A stretch of 63,066 nucleotides of DNA, the filler included, from Salisapilia sapeloensis CBS 127946 (lineage: Eukaryota; Protista; Oomycota): NCBI GenBank assembly GCA_023334545.1. It is 6 parts of 6 records of this genome, joined end to end, with 100 filler letters (N's around TTAATTAATTAA, not from the genome) between each part and the next. Parts side by side here need not be neighbours in the genome. Positions count along the whole stretch, not along the records: positions 47,634 to 59,817 come from JAADVB010000416.1; positions 59,918 to 61,919 come from JAADVB010000990.1; positions 62,020 to 63,066 come from JAADVB010001339.1; 3 more parts are not named here. The stretch is one strand, 5' to 3'. Shown here one piece after another: positions 55,775 through 63,066 of the stretch; position 1 is the first letter of the stretch, and each line of letters starts with the position of its first letter. Both the position numbers and the translations under genes were made by a program. The notes under the pieces were generated by a model. That model did not search any database, was not told where the DNA came from, and worked only from the letters and a program-made list of their open reading frames with translations.

Positions 55775-57811
55775 TTGCAATTAGACCAAAATGATTCGCA
55801 AAGACGGTCATCTTTCGCGAACAAAACCCGGAATTCAGTCAACTTTAATCGAAGACAAAGTTTGGAGGATGCAAGTGGTAGTTACTTCGACGATACCAAT
55901 GTACAAAGCACAGAGCCACTTTCATCGCAAGTACAGCTAGTGAGATCCTCGCTCCGCAATAAGTCGTCCACTTTTGTTCAAAAGATGAGACGTCAGCGAC
56001 AGATAGCAGAGCAATACAAACAGTCGCGACTCGCTGAGTTGGAGGTTGAGTGCGAGCTAGAAGAAAATATACATCTTCGCATGAGGAGAAAGAGAGCAAA
56101 ACCTCTAAAGCACTTGCCGCCTGACAGAGTTGGAAGAGAATGTTTCAATGACGAAGAGATACTTTTGCGAACCGTTATCGAGAACTGCAACTCATCATCC
56201 TCTAACGCTTCAGTTGAAAAAGAAGCAATGCTTAATAGTTCTATTAGTAGAAACATACAGGACGGATATGAAGTGCACAGTAGACAGAAACCGCCAGAGC
56301 AAGAGGAGGAGCAGTTTCTCGATCCTGATAAGCACGTGCAGTTGCATCGCCGTTCAGATGCTGCACTCACGATACAACGTCACTGGAGGCAGCATCGTGA
56401 GCGGATAGACAGTTGTACAAGGATCAATGGGTTTAGTGAAGAAAATGTGTACACCTACGCTGATGATTCCGACGAAAGTGAAGAAAATAGTGATAAAAGT
56501 TATGATGAAGGTGAAAGCTCGTCCGACATTCATGCCATTATGAACGATGCGGAGGACATAGTAAATGACAAGTATGAGGAAAGTAATGTGCAAGAATGGG
56601 AAAATCAAGATACTGTTGATTGCATCGACGCGGATTCGGATGGAGAACGTGTCTTGGAGCGAAGCGAACAAGCTCAAGACATAGAAAATGTACATGATAA
56701 TGTTGCAGAGATTCAAGAGACTATTCCAGTTGACGTAACTGCTGCTATAACAGCTTCAGTGCTGAATAAAATCGAGTATGAAGAAGATACTGATGTTGGA
56801 GTACCCAACAATCTAAGTGGAAACTTAGGCCAGCACAAGGATGAAATATATGCGTCTACATCTGACCTGCCGATTAATAAAATAAAGAAGGAGGATTCCA
56901 TTGTAGCCATTGCATCTTCAGAGCAACACGAAAGTGAGCAACTAGAAGAGAATATTAAAGGATCGAAAGAAAATCTAGGTAGAAGTTTAGAGCATAACAA
57001 GGATGAAGTAGGTTCCGCGACGTCTGAATCAATTGCTGACAATACAAAGGAAGACGGTATAATTGATACCGTGCCAGCTTTAGTGCGAAACGAAAGCGAA
57101 AAAGCAGAAAAGAGTACTGTTGGAACACAAGAAAATTTAAACGGAAACTTGGCGCGCAAGAAGGATGACGTAGTTGCGTCTACATTTAAACCATTGATCG
57201 GTGGTACAAACGACGATGATGCAGTTGCTTCTTTAGTACCATCTCAACAGCGTGAAAGTGAGTATAAAGAAAGTATGGATGTTGGAGCAGATATGAATGT
57301 AGATGAAAAATTGGAGCAAAACGAGGTAGACAATGATATATCTGCGTCCGAACCACTAGCCAGCGATACAGGGAAAGGCGAGAGAGCTGGTCAGAGTAGC
57401 AATGCTGATCAAGAAAATGATATTGTTGTAGGAAAAATGGAAGGTGAAAGTATAAATGGTACTGGCCAGACTGATGTCGATGATATCAGAGCTGACCGTA
57501 CTCCTCGAAACAGTACTGGTCACACTTCTCCTAGCGACGCATCCCATGAAAATTACGATGATGCGGCAAATGACTACTCATCGTCTAGACCAGAAGTATC
57601 TATAGATGATGCCACAAGTAACACTACAGCAAAGGGCGATAAGCTAGAAGAAGATAATGAAGCCAATGAGCATGCACAGAAATTTTATGGTGTCGATGAC
57701 GCAGATCCAGAAACATCTTCAAAGTTGAACTCAGTTCTACATGAAGTCGATCGTGCAATCCATGCAGCCGCCGAGCGTATACAAAAGTTTTGGAAACGAT
57801 ATCGAAACTAG
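55775..57811 (+). CDS. Acidic IQ-motif protein with 54-aa internal repeats; upstream exons near 55200-55750 likely
   Basis: IQ motifs AALTIQRHWRQHRER and C-terminal AAAERIQKFWKRYRN. Long open frame; no ATG at the listed start, so additional 5' exons are probable. Confidence 0.7.
   Translation: MQLDQNDSQRRSSFANKTRNSVNFNRRQSLEDASGSYFDDTNVQSTEPLSSQVQLVRSSLRNKSSTFVQKMRRQRQIAEQYKQSRLAELEVECELEENIHLRMRRKRAKPLKHLPPDRVGRECFNDEEILLRTVIENCNSSSSNASVEKEAMLNSSISRNIQDGYEVHSRQKPPEQEEEQFLDPDKHVQLHRRSDAALTIQRHWRQHRERIDSCTRINGFSEENVYTYADDSDESEENSDKSYDEGESSSDIHAIMNDAEDIVNDKYEESNVQEWENQDTVDCIDADSDGERVLERSEQAQDIENVHDNVAEIQETIPVDVTAAITASVLNKIEYEEDTDVGVPNNLSGNLGQHKDEIYASTSDLPINKIKKEDSIVAIASSEQHESEQLEENIKGSKENLGRSLEHNKDEVGSATSESIADNTKEDGIIDTVPALVRNESEKAEKSTVGTQENLNGNLARKKDDVVASTFKPLIGGTNDDDAVASLVPSQQRESEYKESMDVGADMNVDEKLEQNEVDNDISASEPLASDTGKGERAGQSSNADQENDIVVGKMEGESINGTGQTDVDDIRADRTPRNSTGHTSPSDASHENYDDAANDYSSSRPEVSIDDATSNTTAKGDKLEEDNEANEHAQKFYGVDDADPETSSKLNSVLHEVDRAIHAAAERIQKFWKRYRN
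56810..57295 (+). repeat. Degenerate coding tandem repeat, 162 bp (54 aa) period, three copies plus a partial fourth
   Basis: Units start at 56810, 56972 and 57134: NLSGNLGQHKDEIYAST..., NLGRSLEHNKDEVGSAT..., NLNGNLARKKDDVVAST..., each with ESE at positions 41-43. Confidence 0.75.
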
Positions 57812-57905
57812 ATTGGGCATTTAGCAGTGTGTTTACTTCATAAGGAAACCTTATCAGAGGTATCACTACTGGTATGCACCATAGCTTTGTGTGCTAAAAG
57901 TCAGC

Positions 57906-58739
57906 TTACACGTCGTGCTGAGATGCAGGATCCCAGCCACTGATGTAGTTTGCGTCAAGGCCATCCAGGCGTTCCATTTGATCCGCGGTCAGCTTTAAGT
58001 CCATAGCTTCAAAGTTCTCCTTGATCCGCGCCGCTTTCTCAGACTTTGGCAGGGTCACAAAGCCCTTTGCCAGACTCCACGCGATCATGACTTGCGCCGG
58101 CGTTGCACCGGATTCTTTTGCAATGTCGCCAGCAACAGGGTCATCGAACTTTTGGCCACGAACAAGTGGAGAGTAAGCCTCCATGAGAATTCCTTCGTTC
58201 TTGCAGTATTCCACCAACTCCTTTCGTTGCAACCACGGATGAAGCTCCATTTGGTTTACTGCAGGCTTGACACGACAATGACTTAAAAGTTTCTTAATGT
58301 GGTTGATACCAAAGTTCGAGATGCCAATGTCTTTAACGATCCCTTCCTTTTGCATATCTTCCAATGCTCTCCAACGCTCTCCGCGGGTTTCACTGTCAAA
58401 TGGAGCGTGGAGGAGGTAGAGGTCGATGTAGCCGCACCCAATCCGGTCATTGCACTGCTTGATGGTCTTCACAGCATCATCGTAGGAGCAAGACCGTTCG
58501 ACTAGCTTACTCGTGATGAAGATTTCCTCTCTCGGGATGCCGGAATCACGCACAGCACTCCCTGTATCCTCCTCATTTCTATAAGCTTGGGCAGTATCCA
58601 CATGTCTGTAGCCGAGACGCAAGGCTTCTCGGACAGCATTATAGGTTGTCGGGCCAGGTGTGATCTGATAGACACCGAAACCAACGGTAGGAATAGCTTG
58701 TCCACTCGGCAAGAGCGTCGTAGGGCACTTCATGCTCAT
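57906..58739 (-). CDS. Aldo-keto reductase (AKR5 / 2,5-diketo-D-gluconate reductase-like)
   Basis: Catalytic tetrad in GYRHVDTAQAYRNE (D, Y), FITSKL (K), DLYLLHAP (H); also IGISNF, NQMELHP, AYSPL, LPKS. Confidence 0.93.
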   Translation of the reverse strand: MSMKCPTTLLPSGQAIPTVGFGVYQITPGPTTYNAVREALRLGYRHVDTAQAYRNEEDTGSAVRDSGIPREEIFITSKLVERSCSYDDAVKTIKQCNDRIGCGYIDLYLLHAPFDSETRGERWRALEDMQKEGIVKDIGISNFGINHIKKLLSHCRVKPAVNQMELHPWLQRKELVEYCKNEGILMEAYSPLVRGQKFDDPVAGDIAKESGATPAQVMIAWSLAKGFVTLPKSEKAARIKENFEAMDLKLTADQMERLDGLDANYISGWDPASQHDV

Positions 58740-59047
58740 CTGTGGTCAAGAATGTCGGTGAGTCTTCGGCCTCTCCTCTAAATCTTTGAGTATTATCAGA
58801 TCTGGTTATGATTCTACAGTGACGGCGCTATGAAAGCTGTGTGCTTAAATCATCAATTTGGTCGTGTAGTATCACCATTCATAGCTCGGATGATCAGGAC
58901 TTCTGCCTACGGAAGAGAAGCTAGGATAAAAGATCAATTTGAATGGGTGTTTAAAGCCATCTTATTCTTGTCCATAAAATATAGCTTTAATACTCATGAT
59001 ATTTTAAGACGACGACGATTTGCCTACTATCTCATACTCGCGAGACC

Positions 59048-59720
59048 ATGATTTCCTGCGTCGCTGTCGTCGCCGCTTCTGTACGTACTTTGGCTTACTT
59101 TAACGGAAGTGCATAAGCACAGTTTCTTCTGTCTTTACTTGTGCAAATAGCATCGTGAGAATACTCTCTTGAAGTACTAGAAGCGACTAATATAGCATTT
59201 ATTACTAGAATGCGCCGCTATACGTTCGATCTTTTGAGGATGAAGAAGACTTGGCCTTTCACCATATCGCTCACGTATCACTTGATCTGGTAGAAGACCG
59301 GCTGCGCTCTTTGGATGTATCCGGGCTTCGAAATGACATGTACCTTGGCTTCCTTGGACCCGTCGAAGACTACCGAGTGTACGGCCTGCTTTCTCAGTGT
59401 ATTGATGAGGGAGTATTTAGCGTGGACTCATCCTTAGATAGATACGGCTACATCACAAACACATCCGTCAAGTTTTTTGCGATTCTCCAAGACGGACCAG
59501 CAAGGGATATTGATCTTCGACCAGTAACTCTCCCTATTTATTACAGACGTATCCTCAGCTAAAATGTCGCGATCAGTTCTTTGTAGAGTTACACAAGATG
59601 TATGTGAACGTCATATCAAACCCTTTTGCGCTCATTGACGACCGCCCGATCTCTTCCAAGCGTTTTGACAGTACCATCTACTCGCTTGTTGTCAACCACA
59701 ATCATGTCGCGCCGTACTAA
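59048..59720 (+). CDS. TRAPPC2L: TRAPP complex subunit 2-like (sedlin family); four exons
   Basis: MISCVAVVAAS|NAPLYVRSF...FHHIAHVSLDLVEDR...MYLGFLGPVEDYRV|YGYITNTSVKFF...|LHKMYVNVISNPF...ISSKRFD; TAA at 59718-59720. Confidence 0.88.
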
Positions 59721-59817
59721 TCGAAATCAATCCCCCTGACCATATCGTATCCTCATCGCTCTTGTCGGCCTACATGTTCATGCCTTCTAAATCCAAATCT
59801 ACCTCGTCCTTTTTCAC

Positions 59818-59917
59818 NNNNNNNNNNNNNNNNNNNNNNNNNNNNNNNNNNNNNNNNNNNNTTAATTAATTAANNNNNNNNNNNNNNNNNNNNNNNNNNN
59901 NNNNNNNNNNNNNNNNN
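59818..59917. other. Assembly gap linker
   Basis: 44 N + TTAATTAATTAA + 44 N. Confidence 0.97.
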
Positions 59918-61919
59918 CCTTGGCTGAATGTTCTTGATCTTGAAGTACTGAGATACCTGAGCAGGAATCTCCGCCAACGCCTCCTTCGCTAGACGTGTCG
60001 GATCGTCTCGGTACTTGCTGAATGGCACGAATTGTACAAGATCTCTCGCTGACACCTTGCCCGACGAGCTCGTCATGACCTTATTGTCGCTGTCCAAAAT
60101 ATCCATGGCACTAAAGTCAGCTCCGCCGACACCAACAATGACGATCGACAGAGGAAGCTCAGACGCTTCCACCAGTGCATCAATCGTTGGCTGCATGTCC
60201 ATGATCGCACCGTCTGTCAACACCAACATCACCGAGTACTTTAGCACCCCGGACTTGCCTTCCAAATCGCGAGCGATCTCGGCTGCTTGCCTCACTAGCG
60301 GTGCAAAGTACGTCGGCGCGCGCAATTTCACGAACTGGAACGACTTCGCGTACACCTTCATGATGCCATGCAGACCCTCAACTTCAGGCTGGGCAGTGTC
60401 GAACGTTAGAGGGAAGCAGTGACTCACCTCGCCGTTTACAAGCCCGCCAAAGCCGTACACTGGGAACCGCTGGTCATTGGTATACTGCTCCAGGATGCGA
60501 CCTGTCGCTGCAATTGCAGACTGATACGGGTTCATTGAGCTCATCGTCGCCGCATCTGCATCCACAAAGCTGCTTCTCGTGAACGAGTCGCTCATGTAGT
60601 GCAAGCTGGACGGGTCATTCGGGTTTCCATTAGATGCTGTGTAGTCGATACCAACAATCATGTTCATCTCCATTCCCCCGCGCAGGTACTCTGTCAACGT
60701 GTGTTGCTTGAACACTTCGACACGAATAACACGAAGCAATCCTGAATGCTTGTACTTCTTGCCCTTCTTCCGCTTTAGCGCCTGATTGATCAGCTCCATC
60801 TCTCGTTTCTCTCCATACGCCAGCTCCTTGCATGTCAACGTTGTAGATCCAATTTCATCGTGCTTACCGATTTTGTCCCAGTCCATGCACTCAATGCGTA
60901 GCATGCAACTGAGGTCGCCTCGACACAACATCTGCAGACTCAGGTCGACCTCTTTCCAGGTCGGACTCAAGTTGTTCTTCACCACTTCGCTTTGCCACAC
61001 GCGTACCCAAGAGCTAGTTGCACTTGGATCAAGGCCAGGCTCTCTTAAACGATAAATGTTCAAGTAAGGATCAGACGCACTGAGCCAGCCGTCTTTGTTG
61101 TCAAGTTTGTCACCCGAGAATTGAATTCGGACATACTCGGAGCATGTGGATACTTCTTCTCCCGACACACGGATGCTACCGATCTCAGTCACCTGATCTC
61201 GGCTCTGCTGCATAAGTGGTAGAGCGACAGGCTCACCGCTCGTAGACATCACATGTCCCAGCGTAAGCTCTGCGCAACCCGCAAACTCGTGCTCATTCAG
61301 ACTGCGCGATAGGTTGCGCTGACAGAATACTTCCAACCGAAGTCGTTGCACTAGCTCAAATTGGAATCCGAGCTTGAAAGCCGTCGAGAACGACAAGCTT
61401 ACCGCATTCCGAATTGCCTCTGTGCGGCCCACTTCTTGCCATAGCTTGGAACTGTTGTCTTGAACATATCCAACGATGAACACTTCCGAGTCAGACGACA
61501 AGCTTTCTCCCTTCAACTCATCACATGTCAATCGAAGTTCCACAATGCTCGAAGACGAGTCACCATCGTCCACACCACTAGAGCTCTGCTTGGATGAAGC
61601 TGCCAGTGCACCCCGCACGGACGAAATAGCACAGAAGCCCGCCGACACATTCAAACTGCCGGACCTTTGTCTTCTCACCATCCTTTCCTTACTTACGTCT
61701 TGCACCGCTCCATAATACCCACCACTAGTTCCAGTCATCTCCAACGAACCAGATGCTGATCCTTCGCCAACAGTGCCAGACACAGCACTGCCGCTGCGGT
61801 GAATGTCCACACTCACTCCGCTCACGCTATCCGTCACAGAGACCTTGTCAGATTCCGTACGGGATGCCTGAGTCGAATGAGCCGCCGCCTTCGTCTGCTG
61901 GACGGCCGCCTTCGTCTGC
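59918..61919 (-). CDS. Copine module (C2-C2-vWA); reading frame open to both flanking gaps
   Basis: C2B with KLDNKDGWLSASDPY and VVKNNLSPTW; vWA with VGIDYTASNG, SLHY, FPVYGFGG, LTDGAIMDM, LSIVIVGVG, RDLVQFVPF. No stop codon between the listed GTG start (61837) and the gap at 61920. Confidence 0.92.
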
Positions 61920-62019
61920 NNNNNNNNNNNNNNNNNNNNNNNNNNNNNNNNNNNNNNNNNNNNTTAATTAATTAANNNNNNNNNNNNNNNNNNNNNNNNN
62001 NNNNNNNNNNNNNNNNNNN
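61920..62019. other. Assembly gap linker
   Basis: 44 N + TTAATTAATTAA + 44 N. Confidence 0.97.
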
Positions 62020-63066
62020 CAGCGCCATGAGCTGAACAGGAATCTCCGACAGACTCAGCTTCGCGAACTCCGCCGGACGTCCACGGTACTTGTTGAACTC
62101 CATGAACTTCACGACGTCGCGAGATGCAGAACGACCGTTTGAGTCGACCAACATGTCCGACCCGTTGCCGTCCAGCTTGCTCATTCCGCTGAAGTCTGCG
62201 TTGCCGACACCCACGATCACGACCGATAGCGGAAGCGTAGAGGCCTCCACCAACGCGTCAGTCGTTTCTTCCATGTCAGAGATCACGCCGTCCGTGAGAA
62301 TGACGAGCACCAGGTACTTGCCCTCCTCATTCTGACGAGCCAACGTCGACGCCTTACGAATAAGCGGCGCAAAGTACGTCGGTGCGCTAAGCTTCACGCG
62401 TTCGAACGAACGCTCGTAAGCTTCCAGAACGCCGTCCACACCAGACACCTCCGCGTCCGACTCGTCGAACGTCAGAGGGAAGCAGTGGCTCACGCTTCCG
62501 TTCACCACACCACCAAAGCCGTACACAGGGAACAGGTTGTCCGAGTCATACGCCTCCAGAACAGATCCAGCCGCCGTGATCGCTGCCTGGTAGTCATTCA
62601 GCTGACCCTTCGACGCGTTGCCCAGGTAGTGCAGACTGCGAGAGTCACTCGGCTTACGGTTGGACGCGGTGTAGTCGATGCCGATCATCATGTTGAATTC
62701 GCACCCACCACGCACGTACTCCAGGAACGTGTGCTCCGTCGATTTCGACACGCTGCGCACCTGCACCTGGCCGCGCTTCTCACCTTCCGCGTTCTGAAGC
62801 TCCAGCTCGCCCGCCTTGCCGGACAACAGATCCTCCGCCACCACCGTCGACGAACCAATCAATTGGTGCTCGCCACTGCTGGACCAGTCCCAGCATTCGA
62901 CAGTCAGCTCGAGGGAAGCGTCTCCGCCGCAAAGCTTCTGGAAGTTCACCTTCATCGGCTTCCACGTCGGGTTCAGGTTGTCCTGCACCACGTCACTCTC
63001 CCATACGAGTACCCATGACTCTTCAATCGAAGCATCCGCCGACGAAGACACCAGACGACGCACGCG
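62020..63066 (-). CDS. Second copine module (C2-vWA visible); 5' end beyond the window, 3' end at the gap
   Basis: VVQDNLNPTW, VECWDWSSSGEHQLIG, IGIDYTASN, FPVYGFGG, LTDGVISDM, LSVVIVGVG, LSEIPVQL with no stop before the gap. Confidence 0.92.

Overview
Eukaryotic, gene-dense draft scaffold, most likely from an oomycete or related stramenopile. This is supported by short GT-AG introns, oomycete-type Cys/His GGG-repeat zinc-finger genes and a stramenopile-type Myb-like protein; the species cannot be determined. Five artificial 100-nt gaps (44 N + TTAATTAATTAA + 44 N) split the window into six contigs. Most genes are housekeeping or signalling: SDS22, DIX-domain protein, TEY MAPK, SMARCAD1/Fun30-like helicase, CNBD ion channel, WNK kinase, SGT1, ankyrin protein, DHX16/Prp2, MAPEG, tRNA-Arg(CCT), DNA polymerase delta, two ABCB transporters, a PP1 catalytic fragment, FolD, an aldo-keto reductase, TRAPPC2L and copines. 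The standout is an intronless 1310-aa NRPS-like enzyme with the unusual order thioesterase-A-T-reductase (48992-52924). From my recollection of the family, its A domain resembles the fungal glycine-betaine reductase ATRR, but it lacks ATRR's second reductase and has gained an N-terminal editing-type TE. It lies 98 bp upstream of FolD and about 5 kb from a co-oriented aldo-keto reductase on the same contig, suggesting a possible small metabolic cluster; function is inference only. Other notable items are a probable double-copine fusion across a gap, a hidden FHA-like first exon on the SMARCAD1-like gene, a channel without the GYG filter, two related MITE-like elements and a decaying tandem gene pair.
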